Made by a program: the position numbers and the translations under genes
The notes under the pieces: model-generated
Databases searched by the model: none
Seen by the model: the letters and a program-made list of their open reading frames with translations, nothing else
Told to the model about the DNA's origin: nothing
Shown here: positions 45,831-64,000 of the stretch, piece after piece
How positions within the stretch are numbered: position 1 is the first letter of the stretch
Layout: each line of letters starts with the position of its first letter
Assembly (NCBI RefSeq): GCF_009914755.1
Contig: NC_060945.1
Origin: the human T2T-CHM13v2.0 reference genome, Homo sapiens
Direction: 5' to 3' (one strand)
DNA length: 64,000 nt

Positions 45831-47250
45831 GAAATAATATATATTTATAATTTTTAATATTTATATGTGGTATATTTTCCCATAATCAAAGATGAAAATG
45901 AAAGCAGTTGGATCTTTAAAAAGGAAAGAAGCGAATAATACGTACCAGCTTTCTCCTGATTAGAGGAAGAGCCCCAAAGCTTCTATGGACACTCACTTTT
46001 CTCTTCTTCTTGCATTATTATGAGGAAATCCTTAGAGGTTGGGGAACTTGGGTGACTTTGGCTAATGAGGAGCTCTGTGCCTTGAGGCCCCCAGGCCACA
46101 GAATAGTAAATACTCAGTCTGTGCCTCCAGCCCTGCAGTGTGAGGTTCCAGTCCTGTGGGCTCCACACCCGTCACCTGTATCAGGAGGCTCATGTCTCAC
46201 CCTGTCTTCTTGCCAGCCTTGAGGACGGAGTCTGAGCCTCCATCATGCACCACGCAGGGAGGACAGTGGACCTGTTCTCCGTGGTCACGGCCTAGCAGAG
46301 GGGAAGGGCAGTTCAGTGAGTGCTGAGGGACCGCTGGGAGGCTTGTTTTGTTTCCTCATCCTCAAGACAAACAAGAGAGTGCGGTGGGCAGATGGGAGGA
46401 GACCAATGTGCAAACTGTCCACTCAGCAGACTGTGGAGTTTCTGTTCTTGGTTGTGGTGGGGGGTCTCAGAAATCTTATTCAAAATTTTGCTTTCCTCCC
46501 CCACTGGTTGTCCTTTTCATAGACATCTCATCCATGATAGCAGGGAATGAGTCTCTCTAAACTATTCCCTAAGAACAACAAAAAGATTATGAAGGTGATG
46601 ATGAGGATAAAGAGGATGATGACAGACACCATGGCACCATGAACCCTTACTGAGGGCTTCCTAAAGGCCAGACTCTGAGCTCTGTGCTCTATGCAGCTTG
46701 TTTCATTTCATCTGCGTAGTCTCCCAGTTATTAGTGCACATTTCATTATTATTTTACAGACTAGAAAAGGAGCAACGCATTTTCATATAACTTGTACCAG
46801 ATCATGAAGTCAAAAAGGGTGAAGTCCAATTTGAACCAGGCAGTCTAAGTCCAGACACATGGCATTTGGCCAGTCCTCTCCCTGCATCCAACCTGCCCTC
46901 TCAAATCCTTGTCACTCAGGCCGATGCCCCTGCTCACTGTGCCCTTCCCTTTGGGGGTTCCTTGTAGACCACAGCTAGACCAGTGGGTGCCACAATCACT
47001 GTGTCAAGTATAGAAAGGGCAGCTGAGATCACATCAAGGATTCCAGAAAGAATTAGTACAGGATCATTCGGGATGCATCTCTCCCTTGCCCCTGTTCCTG
47101 GCTTTCCTTACAGCTCTCGACTTCCTCAAAGGAGTCATCAGTTCGGAGATTGGCTTCCATTCCTATTGAGGAAGCTGGAAACCGTTTCAAAAATGCTCCT
47201 CAGATGTGCCTGTGGTTAAGACCTCTGAGCTCTGCTTAAAACTTTTTGAA

Positions 47251-47599
<349 letters not shown>

Positions 47600-48104
47600 T
47601 TAGAGTCTGGCCATGAATTTGGAATACCACCCTTTCTACTTATCTGTATGGCAAAGGGTGAGACGTCCATCCTCTGAGACTCAGCACTCTCATCTGAGTT
47701 GATCTAGTTGATCCAATGGAAGTGAGCGATGATGAAACCGATCGTGGGTGCCCGCTGCGTGATCTCTATGTGATGGATGCATAAAGTAAAGGCAAAGTGA
47801 ATTTTAGATACATTCATTAATATTTTAAGCTTAAAGTCCATACAATTCACCGGAAATATCCCCTGACCTGAAGTTCTGGTTTCCCTGCATTCCAAACAGG
47901 ACATTTTGTTTTGTCTTTGTCTCGGTAAGTACTGAGTATTGTGAGAGGAACAAGTGAGTGTCTTCTGTTTCTGATTCCCCAGAGTCTATATCTTGCTTGG
48001 CACATAGGAGATAGCAAAAGGAAACATCTATGTCAATTACTGAATCGACACTTCCTTGGTTCACAAACATTGGCTGTCATCAGCGTGACTTCGACTTACT
48101 TGAT

Positions 48105-48407
<303 letters not shown>

Positions 48408-49099
48408 AAACGTTCTTATGAAAATTCTAAGTCCACCTAAGCTAAGGACAGGAGTTATAGCTTACATGAATTTTAAAACAAGATGCACCGATTTGAGTAA
48501 GCAATTACTCTCTTGAAGGAGAAAAGTCAGAAAGCATAATGAAATCACTAGGACCTAACTGGCATGTGGAACTATTTTCTGCTTATGAACTATCAACTTT
48601 AATTTCATTTCCAGATGGCATGGTTTCAGCTGTTATACAGTGTTTATAAATGTTCTAAATCAAGGGAATTTGTATCAATCTATTAGAATAAAATAAAATA
48701 TTTGAGTTCTTAATTTCCTTTAATTAGGATAACCTTTTTCTTAAAGTGAAGAGAATGGTTTTATTACATATTTTTCTTCGGAAAAGATAGGCTATATTTT
48801 CTAGCAATTACGAATTTGTTATATATGATGATCTGGTTCTTGGAACATTCTTGAATCTAGTGTCTCTAAGGCAGGTGTGTAGAGCAAGAAGTGAATAACA
48901 CAGAAATCAATGATGAAAGCATTAGAAGACAATTGAGTTTGTCAGAACTGTAAAATATTGCTGAGTGTGGATTGCTCTGAAATCTGAAAACATGACTTGT
49001 GAATTGCTTATATCCAAAATGCAGACACAATGCTGGGTGTTGGTTTACTTGTTTCCGGTTTTTCAACCCTCTTTTCTAAGCAAAAGATGTCCAAACTAT

Positions 49100-50030
49100 A
49101 CAGACCCACAGAATCTAACAGATGTCTTTATATTCCTCCTCCTAGAACTCTCAGAGGATCCAGCACTGCAGCTGGTCGTCACTGGGCTGTGCCTGTGTGC
49201 CTGGTCACGGTGCTGTGGAACCTGCTCAGCATCCTGGCCGTCAGCCCTGACTCCCACCTCCACACCCCCATGCACTTCTTCCTCTGCAACCTGTCCTTGC
49301 CTGACATCGGTTTCACCTCCACCACGGTCCCCAAGATGATCGTGGACATCCAATCTCACAGCAGAGTCATCTCCTATGCAGGCTGCCTGACTCAGATGTC
49401 TCTCTCTGCCATTTTTGGAGGCATGGAAGAGAGACATGCTCCTGAGTGTGATGGCCTATGACCAGTTTGTAGCCATCTGTCACCCTCTGTATCATTCAGC
49501 CATCATGAACCCGTGTTTCTGTGGCTTCCTGGTTTTGTTGTCTTTTTTTTTCTCAGTCTTTTAGACTCCCAGCTGCAAAACTTGATCGCCTTACAAATCA
49601 CCTGCTTCAAGGATGTGGAAATTCCTAATTTCTTCTGTGACCCTTCTCAACTCCCCCATCTTGCATGTTGTGACACCTTCACCAATAACATTATCATGTA
49701 TTTCCCTGCTGCCATATTTGGTTTTCTTCCCATCTCGGGGACCCTTTTCTCTTACTATAAAATTGTTTCCTCCATTCTGAGGGTTTCATCATCAGGTGGG
49801 AGCTATAAAGCCTTCGCCACCTGTGGATCTCACCTGTCAGTTGTTTGCTGATTTTATGGAACAGGCGTTGGAGGGTACCTCAGTTCAGATGTGTCGTCTT
49901 CCCTGAGAAAGCGTGCAGTGGCCTCAGTGATGTACACAGTGGTCACCCCCATGCTGAATCCCTTGATCTACAGCCTGAGAAACAGGGATATTAAAGGTGT
50001 CCTGTGGCAGCCGTGCAGCCGCACGGCAGC
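49100..50030 (+). pseudogene. OR7E23P: Olfactory receptor family 7E pseudogene
   Basis: OR motifs spread across frames: [26 protein letters not shown] (R to Q), [29 protein letters not shown]. Several frameshifts and an in-frame TGA at 49849-49851. Symbol inferred from the locus. Confidence 0.9.
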
Positions 50031-50106
50031 ACAGTCTCATCTCAATATCTTATCTGTTCCATTCCTTTTGCAGGATGGGTTAAAAAAGGCAGCAAGGTCA
50101 AATAAG

Positions 50107-51870
50107 AATGACATCCCAGGGTGAACACCCACTGTGATATTACGAGTAATACCTCCCTAGGATATAAAAAACACTGTCACAGAGTATACACATGGGGTAC
50201 ACCCACTGTGATATTAGAAGCAATATCTCCCTAAAATATTATGAAAAATATCACAGGGTGTGCAGAGACTGTGTGATATTAGGAGTCATATTTGCCCTGG
50301 TTATTACGACTAATATCAAGGGTGTACACACACGGGGTAAACTTACTGTGATATCAGGAGTTGTATCTCCCTGGGATATTATGAATAATATCACAGGGTA
50401 TACACTATGTGTGTACATCCACTGTGATATTTGAAGTAATATCTCTCTATGAGATTACAAATAATATCAAAGTGTGTACACCCCTGTGACATATTAGGAG
50501 TAACATCCTTCTAGGGTATTACAGATAACGTCACAAGGTGTACACCTTCTGTGACATTTTGTGCACCCTTTGTGACATTAAAAGAAACAACCCCCTAGGA
50601 TATTACGAATAATGACACGGGCGGTTTACACACATGGTGTACACCTCCTGTGCCATCAGGGGTAACATTCCCCTAGGATATTACGAATAATATCACAGCA
50701 GGTGAACACACATGGTGTACACCCCGTGTGACATTAGGAGGAACATGCCCCTAGGGTATTAGGAATAGTATCACAGGCGTTGAATACGCATGATATACAC
50801 CCCCGGTGACATTAAAAGTAACATCCCCCTAGGATATTAACAAGAATATCACAGGGAGTACACCCCATGTGACATTAGGAGTAACATCCCCCGAGGATAT
50901 AACGAATAATATCAGAGGGTGTACACGCATTGTGACATTAGTAGTAACAGCCCGCTATGATATGACGAGTAATATCACAGGGTGTACACCACGTGTCACA
51001 ATTGTAGTAACATTCCCCTAGAATATTACGAATAATATCACAGGAGGTACAGCCCCTGTGATTCACGAGTAACATTTCTATAGAATATTACAAGTCATAT
51101 CACTGTGTGACTCTGTGTACACCCCATGTGACATTGGGAGTAACATCCCACAAAACTATTACAAATAATATCACAGGGTGAACACCCTCTGTGACATGAG
51201 GAATAACGTAGTTTTAGGATATTATGAATGATATGACAAGGTGTACACACCCTGTGATGTTAGAAGCAACATCCGTCTAGGATATTAGGAATAATATCAC
51301 AGGGAACACACCCCCTGTGACATTAGGATATTACAAATAATATCACAAGGTGTACACGCATTGTGACATTAGTAATAATATCCCTCTCATATACTATGAA
51401 TAATATCACAGGGGGTACATCCCTGTGACATTAGGAGTAACATCCCCCTAGAATATGATGAATAATATTGCAGGGGGTACACACCCTGTGACTTCAGGAG
51501 TATCACCGCCCTGGAATATGAGGAATACTGTCCCAGGGTATTAACCCCCTGTGACCTGAGGAGTAACATCCCGCTGGAATATTATGAATAATATCACAGT
51601 GTGTACACCAACTGTGATATTAGGAGTTCTATTTATTTTTAGGATATTAGGGATAATATCACAGCAGATATACACAAATAGTGTGTACACCTACTGTGGT
51701 ATTAAAAGTTATGTCTCCCTAGGGTATTGCGAATAACATCACAGTGGGTGTACACCCACTGTGATATTTGAAGTAATATCTCCCTAAGATATGACAAAAA
51801 ATATCAAAGGGTGGACCCCGTCTGTGACATCAAAAATAACATCTCTTGTGGATATTCCGAATAATATCAC
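50107..51870 (+). repeat. SATR2-type satellite, ~63-75-bp unit (gggtgtacacccctgtgacattaggagtaacatccccctaggatattacgaataatatcacag)
   Basis: ~25 degenerate tandem units directly after the OR7E pseudogene. Confidence 0.85.
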
Positions 51871-52483
51871 TGGGGAGTGTGTATTGGGGAAGGGGGCCTG
51901 TGGGGAGAAAGTGTATGACTGAAGGCCTGGAAATGCCCAAAGCCAATCCCGGCTTCATAGGAAGACTGATAACTGATAGTGGATAGAAGGGGGATGGAGC
52001 CTTAGGGGGAAGATGTGTTATTATTTCTTGTACTGTTGAGACAGGGATCACCCAAACGCTGGAACAGGCAGTACTGGTCTGATTGGCAAATGTCTATCTC
52101 GCCGGAAGGAGAAATGGGCTACTATGTTTTCTTAGCTCCTGACTGCCCGCCATAAGGTCATGCCCTTTCTCTTGAATCCAATTCTGTACCCATCAACTTC
52201 TTAAAATTTTACAGTATAGCCTTCCAGATAGAGAGCTACATGTCCACAAACTTACATATTTTACAGGGTCTCAATATAATTTTTAATAATATTGAGAAAT
52301 GTAGAAAATCGTTGCATAAGAACCCATGTACTGACCATCCAGTTTTGTTTAAATATGTAGGTTAGTAATCATCTAGTGATTATTAAAATCACCACAGATC
52401 AAGCCTGTGCAGTATCTTTAAATTTGTCAGCCCTGGTATTCGTTGTCCTCATGACTTTATTATAACTGCATTCTGTTCAGCAT

Positions 52484-52776
52484 TTTCTTTTTTTTCTTTT
52501 TTCTCTTTTTTTGAGACAGAGTCTCACTCTTGTCGCCCAGGCTGGAATGCAGTGGCTCATTGCAACTGCTGCCTCCTGGGTTCAAGCAATTCTCCTGCCT
52601 CAGCTTCCTGAGTAGCTGGGATTACAGGCGCCTGCCACCACGCCCAGCTAATTTTTGTATTTTTAGTAGAGACGGGGTTTTGCCATGTTGGCCAGGCTGG
52701 TCTCGTGACCTCAGGTGATCCGCCCGCTTCAGCCTCCCAAAGTGCTGGAATTATAGGCGTGAGCCACCACCTGGCC
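52484..52776 (-). mobile_element. Alu
   Basis: Reverse dimer with small deletions. Confidence 0.88.
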
Positions 52777-53346
52777 CTGTTCAGCATTTTCTTAAGGTCC
52801 TTTTCTTCTCATACAGGTCTTGTCTTAAATATCTGTGGTTAGCTCTTTCTTGGTGTGGTTTCAGCAATCATAAATCATGCAAAGCCTGTTGTCTTGCCCT
52901 CAGGCACCCAAGTGACTTCTGAATCTGAAGACCAAGATGACACCTGGTGTGTGGTCTTGTGAGTTTTGGCTGGTTTTCTCTTAGTGTTTTAGGTGCTGTT
53001 TCTGTTCTAGGATGAAGAGCATCTTATGACCATTTGTATCTGTTAAGCAATTCATCAGTGATTAACGTCCTGGTCTGGATAATTTATGAGTCATTCATGA
53101 TGGCTGCTGGATGTCAGGCAGCCAGAAAGAAAAAGAGAAAATTTAACTCTATTGACTGCTTTTTTTTTGTCCTAATACACTACAGATACAGTTAAAGCCC
53201 CCACATACCTCTTTCTAATCCCATTCTCTTCTTCTTCTCCAGAGGTAAATTGCTATTCTAAATTTGGTGTTTATCATTTCCATTGCATGTTTTTTATACC
53301 ATTAACGTGTATGTACCCCTAAAAATATATCCTCGTGTATTTTAAA

Positions 53347-53646
53347 TTTTTTTATTTATTTATTTATTTATTGAGATGGAGTCTCACACTGTCGCCCAGG
53401 CTGGAGTGCAGTGGTGCAACCTCGGCTCACTGCAACCTCCGCCTCTCAGGTTCAAGCGATTCTCCTTGCCTCAGCTTCCCAAGTGGCTGGCATTACAGGC
53501 GCCCGCCACCAAGCCCAGCTGATTTTTTTGTATTTTTAGTAGAGATGGAGTTTCACTATGTTGGCCTCGAACTCCTGACCTCGTGATCCGCCCGCCTTGG
53601 CCTCCCAAAGTACTAGGATTACAGGCATGAGCCACCGCGCCTGGCC
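53347..53646 (-). mobile_element. Alu
   Basis: Reverse dimer. Confidence 0.88.
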
Positions 53647-54139
53647 TTTTAAATGTTATATAAATGGTGTCTTACTATTTTGTATCTTGCTTTATGGCTA
53701 CACCGTGAGGTTTTCTCATATGTTCTTTTCACTCACTTATTTTCACTGCTGTCTACGATTCCACTGTATGACTATGCCACTCCACTCCCCTGTTGATGTT
53801 TATTTGTGGTTTTCACCATTACAAACAATGCCTCTCATGCTCCACAGGTCCTAGTTTCTCTAGAAGTCGGATTTCTTATTGATAGGGTATATGAATTTTA
53901 CCTAACATTGTTAAATTGTTTTCTTGAGCTGATGTGCCAGTTTACCCTTTCACCAACCATGTTAAGAGTTCCCCTCTCTCCATATAATTGGTAATCCTTG
54001 ATACGGTCAGACATTTTTCTAACATTAATAAATTGGTGTTTTAATTTATACATCAGTTTCTTGTGAGTTTGCTTATTACATGCCTATCACCCTTGCTATA
54101 GTTTCTGGTCCTGCAGAGCTCAGAATCTGGCTGTGGGTC

Positions 54140-55405
<1,266 letters not shown>

Positions 55406-55524
55406 GTTTTTGTAAGCCAATAATTCTGTAACTTCTTAATAAAAGGTTAATGAACATTAAGAATTAAAGTAAGAATTTCAAATATCAATCAGACAGGTCT
55501 GAAAAAAGGCAATACTAGCCTTGG

Positions 55525-56543
<1,019 letters not shown>

Positions 56544-56759
56544 GGCATGGACTTTTTAATAATGATTAGTAATCTCGGAAAATCTTCTTAGTTTTAGAGG
56601 AAGCACTATCTGGAGAAATGAAAATAAGGTCTTGAATTAAAATATCTGATTCGGCAATAAGGGTTAAGCTTATTTTGTTTGAACGTCACCAAACTTGTGT
56701 ATGTAAAGTACAAGGAAAATGGCTGAGAAAAATTCTTCCCTTTCTAACAAAGAAGTCAG

Positions 56760-58995
56760 CATGGTAAAGACAGATATATTTATTTCATATGACAGCACGT
56801 TTCACAGGATATGTACAGAATGTCTGTGTACCACTGACTTTAATACTGTACTTCTATAAAGTTTATAGTTATAAATATTGTATGCCACATAAGCAATAAA
56901 ATTCTTACATATAAACAGCAATCTAATATAGAGAACACAGAGTTCACAAAGAGATCCTTAGTGTCTAACTTCTGCTCTGCTTTTAACAGAACTAGTAAAT
57001 ATTTAATAATACATAGAATAATGGCTAGTTATTTGCAGCATACCTTTAACTTTCATAACTTTGTGCATTTTCAGCAACTTGCCAAGTATAATTTTCCTGA
57101 TAAAGGCTGGGCTGCTGATATGTATATTTTAGACAGTAGTTTATATTCAATAGGAAACATTGCTCACAGATCTGCAATTTGCACTAGTGAAGTTTACCTA
57201 ACAATGAATTATTTTGCTAATGGAGAGCAAATACCATATACACTAGTCACATGGATGTTAAAGCCACAGTTTCAACAAGTTAATTCACATTTTGAAGCAA
57301 CTGCTTATAGTAATACTGCTGTTTAAGACGCTACTGCTGAAATGATTAGAACCTCCAAAAAGCACAATATAAAACTCACAAGAGTTATTTCTAACAGCAA
57401 ATCTTGGCTGTTAACAGAGAAGATTACTTCTATAAATATAGTATTTTGATAACATTTGAGCATTTAGAAAAATGCTTTTTTTCTAATAGATTTGCTTTAT
57501 AAGTGCAGTGCAGTTTGCTGTGCTTTTAACATTCTACATATTCGTAGCCATGAACGCTATTTTTTGATATTCCCTCAATGTACATCTTTAAAGGTTAAGT
57601 GTGGACATAGGAATTTAGGTGGACATATACAACTCTTTATATAAAAGGAATGTTAATGTAAGTCTTAATGGGTAAAGATGATTGTAACTGAAACTGACAA
57701 AGAAACAACTATTGCTCAAGGAGTTTTCTGATTGGTTTACTTAATGATATCAAAATACTACATTCTGTAAAAATTCTGTGTACTTCTTCAAAAAATTAAT
57801 AAAAGCGGGATCAGTTGCATATTGGCAGTGCAGGAGACAAAATCCGCAGCTACTTTGAGGTATAGCCTCTAAAAACTTAAAGCAGCATCATAGATGTGTT
57901 ATGTAGCCTCGTAAGAGGGGGGAGAACACACACTGGGTATATTCCCAATTCAAAGCACTCAGGGGACAGCTGCTTTCCCTGCTAAAAGCAAAGTTCCAGA
58001 GCAAAAGCAGCAAAAAGAAAATATGGGAGGGATATGGGCAACGTATACTCGAACGTACGCAGAGAAGAGAGTACGGTTAGCTCTAATATTTCTCATTGAA
58101 CTTGGTGGTATGTGCCTTCCCTGCATATAAGGCCATAGTGCTTTTTTGGGAGCGCTAGAATATCCATCCACTTGACAGTGACCACAAAATAGGCTGTTTC
58201 CAGCTGCAAGAACCTCCTCCTGGAGAAAAGCGTATGAAGGTGCTGGAGTGAAAAGTAACAAGGTTGTGTGTATTTGAAGGGGTTGGGTGTGGAACGGTAG
58301 AAAATTCTGATTCTGTGGTGAGATTATTCTAGTTTTGAAAACAAAATTAATGAAAGGTCCAAATTACATTTGCAGCCATCTTTTTGGTAATGTGATATTG
58401 AAAAAGGGACTTTGTTGGAACTTTTAGGTATAATTTGGTCTGAGTTATAGCCTAGAAATTAAAGTATGAATTGTAAAAATATGTAAATGTATACAGAAGT
58501 ACATGTGTTTGTATGTATTATATATGTACACATACCTATACTTTTTTCCTTTAAAGCAATGCCTTTCAAAACTCTGTTCACTGTAACCTTGGCAGCTCTT
58601 TGGTAAATACTCAAAGATACCAATTGTTAACAAGTATGAGAGGGCTGGTGGAAATGTCAGCTGAAAGTTGGGTGGGCTTTTTGAGATTCTTCAGAAGACT
58701 GACCGAAAAGTTTCTGAATAAGGACTGTTTTCTAAAGTATAAGTACTTTTTATGGCTACTACTGTCTCCTATTCATCCAAAGAGAAATACATCAAAACTC
58801 CAGTTAACAATGAGAAGGGTTTTTCCTTATTTCCAATATACACATAGTCCAACTCTGTACACATCAAATAGTGGTGTTTTGTGAAGATATCAGTGCACTT
58901 ACAATGACTTATTGCACATAATGAAATACTAATGCCCAATTCTCTTAGCTCTATCCTGCCAAAAGCAAGTACCCACTGTTTTCTATTGCATGGCG
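56760..58995 (-). other. SYNJ1: SYNJ1 3'UTR (repeat-free, AU-rich)
   Basis: Runs from the stop at 58996 to the AATAAA at 56779-56784. Confidence 0.8.
56779..56784 (-). terminator. SYNJ1: AATAAA polyadenylation signal of SYNJ1
   Basis: tttatt at the end of the repeat-free UTR-like block. Confidence 0.75.
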
Positions 58996-59835
<840 letters not shown>

Positions 59836-60291
59836 TCAGTTTATATTTACTCTTAATACCCCCTATTCTTCCTGTCTCAATTATTCTTCCCTTTTAGGGG
59901 CAAGCATGTAAATTTAGAAACTAAAAAGTAGCTTTGTGTAGTTTGTTACTCCGGTGGTTTAAATAACATGAAACACCTACAGTCTTTAAAAACTTCTTTC
60001 TAAATAAATCCTTTCTAATTAAATCCATTTTTAAATCCCTCAAAATCAAAGAGCTTATTTCATTCATGCAAGTTTTGAAATGGTAAGAAGGAGAATTGTA
60101 CAGAATTAACAAATTTGTTCATGCCCAGTTCTATCACATTTCAGCATGAACTTAAGAAATCCATACTTATAACTTATGCTAAATCTATATAAATAAAATT
60201 CTAACACCCATCTATGATGATGATGTGGTTTCATTGTTCTTTTAAGTGTGTTTTCTAAAATTAATGTTACTATGGAAATTCAATTTTATAG

Positions 60292-60691
<400 letters not shown>

Positions 60692-60744
60692 ACAGCTGAC
60701 TTTTAATGTAAGCTCTCCTTTGTTGAATAAACTGAGTAATGTGA

Positions 60745-61410
<666 letters not shown>

Positions 61411-62867
61411 TCATAAGCAAATTAGCTTATCAGGCATACATTATTAATTTTGAAAAAAATGTATATAATTCTTAAAACTAGGGTAGATGACTTGGACACT
61501 TATGCTAACTTAAGAAAACTTCAGGGTTGGATACGATAGGGCAAAAAAAAATTCAGTTCAAGACTGGCAATGTAATAAAATGAGCACTGCCCAAAAGGAA
61601 TTTGGATAGTTGTTAAAGCAACATAACTATACTTTCATGAAATATATTGGAAAAAAACAGCAGCAGTCTCAATAAAATGTAACTGCATACTATGAAACAC
61701 TTAGTTACTGCTTAAGAATATGGAAGGATGTTCACTTGTAAAAGGAAATGGATGACTTAAGTGAATAACTTTCAAGTATCTGTTTTATTCAACTATCCTA
61801 GAATATGCTTTATAATTGGTTGAAACAGTATATTTTTCTTCAAACTTAGTGTGATAAATTTGTACAAAACTAAAGAGAAAACATGTCACAGACTTTAAAC
61901 TGTACTCTAAATGTCTTAGGTAAGTAGACCTATATGTGGAAATGTACTTAAAAGGAAATTTATATAGATATTATAAAATTAACTCTATATTACCAAAAAT
62001 CTCTGGACTATTTATAGTTAATACAAAATGAAATACTTCTGTCTGAGACAAAATTCTCCTATGGCAGATAGAATCGTCTGCAACACAGACATTATAGGAA
62101 AGGAGAATTTTGTGCTCTGCCAGCTTAGAACAGAAGTCACCTGCTGCATCAGTGCTATACATTTAAACACCTTTATTTGCATATATAAGAAAATTTTTAT
62201 TTCAAAATAAGTTAATTTGATAGAATCAGGATCATTTTTCCCAGACTTGAAATTACAATGACAACCACATCACCATTCATCACATTAGAATTAATTTGTA
62301 ATCTAAGCAGGATTTGTGATGACAATATTAAAATTGGTGCTATTTTTACAGAGAAAGGTGTTGGAAGGACCTTTAGATAATCTTGTTATACTGGTAACTT
62401 TCATCTTTCTAAACCATCAATTCTTCCTTACCAATAACAATCTTGCTACTAAAACCATTTGAAAAAATATTTCCCCCAAATATTTTTTCCTAAAAAACAT
62501 ACTGAATTTTGTGTTTATGTAATTACATAAATGCCATTGTTAAAACCAAGAACCGATCTGGTTTTGCCAAAAAGGCCTTCATATACCTAAATCTTACTTT
62601 CTTGAAGTTACACGTTTTAGTTTTGTTAATTTTCATAAAAAAATGAAGCAAAAAGTGGTAAAGCATTAGCAAGAACAACTACATGGTTCCTAAAATCCAA
62701 AATACTAAGAAAAAGAAAAAGCAGGTTTTATGGTATGATAGAATTTATTAATGGAGACAGGTGGTTTTAAAAATGGGTGAAACTTTAGATGTATGAAGCA
62801 GAGATTCATACATCTAATGTGTTGAGACGGATGAAAACACATGTAAGATTGATAAATTGTCAGATAC

Positions 62868-62891
62868 CTGTTACCCTGATGGTTGCTCCTG
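62868..62891 (-). CDS. SYNJ1: SYNJ1 alternative 24-nt stop microexon (QEQPSG*), giving the short 145-kDa isoform
   Basis: ttctcaaag|CAG GAG CAA CCA TCA GGG TAA CAG|gtatct; QEQPSG matches the recalled short-isoform C-terminus. Confidence 0.85.
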
Positions 62892-63189
62892 CTTTGAGAA
62901 AGGAAACAGACATCAAAGGAAAGAGTTAGGAGGACAATCCGAGATCAACCAGCAACCCTAACAATTCAGTCAACAAAATGCTTTCTAAGTTACAGACAGA
63001 ACCCAAGAGCAGCAATATTTGCAGGTTGTAACATAAATTCAAAAGACAATTCCAATTCCTTTTATAATTTTGTTGAATTAGGGTCCAGACTTTAGTTTTG
63101 TCTGAGGTTGATTACTAACCAGTTCAGTTTTGTTATTCCAAAAATAATACTCCAAATGATTTCAGAGTTCTAAAATATTTTAAGCAACC

Positions 63190-63605
63190 TGTTATGGACT
63201 GAATATTTGTGTGCTCTCCCCTCCCAAATTCATATGTTGATTCCATAAGCCCCTGTGTGATGGTATTTGGAGGTGGGGCCACTAGGAGGTAATTAGAGTT
63301 AGATGAGGTCATGAAGGTGGGACCCCATGATGGAATCAGTGTCCTTATGAGAAGAGACACCAGAGAGCGTGTGCAAGGGTGTGTGCATGCTCTCATTCCA
63401 GGCACCACATGCAATGAGGCTGTGTGAACACACAGTGAGAAGGTGGCTGTCAGCACACCACAAAGAGTGCCCTCACCAGAACTCAACCATGCTGGCACCC
63501 TGATCTCAGACTTCCAGCCTCCAAAACTGTGAGAAAATAAATTTCTGTTGTGTAAGCCACCCAGTCTATGGTATTTCATATGTCAACCCAAGCAGACTAA
63601 GACAC
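63190..63605 (+). mobile_element. MLT1A-type MaLR LTR
   Basis: tgttatggactgaat..cccaaattcatatgttga..aataaatttctgttg..gactaagaca. Confidence 0.85.
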
Positions 63606-64000
63606 AGCCTTAGGATAGCCTAGGGATGTCATTATTAGAGAAAATGGCAATGTAATGGTACAAAATGGTACCATTTTTGGTACATACTATTTTGCAAAAA
63701 GACTACCCTACTGAAAATTAGTACTCATCCAGCTTGTTTTATCTTACTCAAATTTTCTGAAGGATGATACTCTTAATATCATTAATTTACTTCATAATGT
63801 ATTAGTTGGAAGGTACAAGAAACTTGTACCTTACAAGAAATTTGGAATTTACCTTTGTTTAAAAATGAAATCATAATCCCTCTATAATATACCATTATTT
63901 TTTAAAATCTAGTATCCTCAAGCAAGTTTTGAGGTAAATCTTCTCCAATATCTAAACCTATTACTAAATAGCAAAACTAATTTTGACAATTCAGAGACAT

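Noticed and set aside
48965-50124. Functional olfactory receptor
   Set aside because: Split over several frames with an in-frame stop and an altered MAYDR motif; it is a pseudogene.

Overview
Human (primate) genomic DNA, recognisable from protein sequence and gene order as 21q22.11. All three protein-coding genes are on the minus strand. TCP10L has 4 coding exons (12305 to 4771, 215 aa reconstructed). CFAP298/C21orf59 is complete, with 7 coding exons (40244 to 29864, 290 aa reconstructed, all introns GT-AG) and a CpG-island promoter. Only the 3' end of SYNJ1 is present: a 24-nt stop microexon, the 270-codon last exon and a ~2.2-kb 3'UTR. Between the CFAP298 promoter and the SYNJ1 3' end lies a ~10.3-kb satellite-bounded cassette carrying an OR7E olfactory-receptor pseudogene. 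The rest is dense in Alus (one very young AluYa-like copy), LTRs (MER9 solo LTR with TSD, LTR1, MER77, MER21, MLT1), DNA transposon relics, L1 fragments and minisatellites. Best second-look items: (1) a +1 G in a G7 run appears to truncate TCP10L and orphan an intact downstream exon; (2) both ends of the OR7E cassette fall at the same phase of the satellite unit; (3) a duplicated ETS + RFX X-box module in the CFAP298 promoter; (4) a 197-codon in-frame upstream extension and a candidate alternative last exon for CFAP298. I found no convincing wholly new gene system. Repeat family names come from recalled consensus sequences, and repeat boundaries are approximate.
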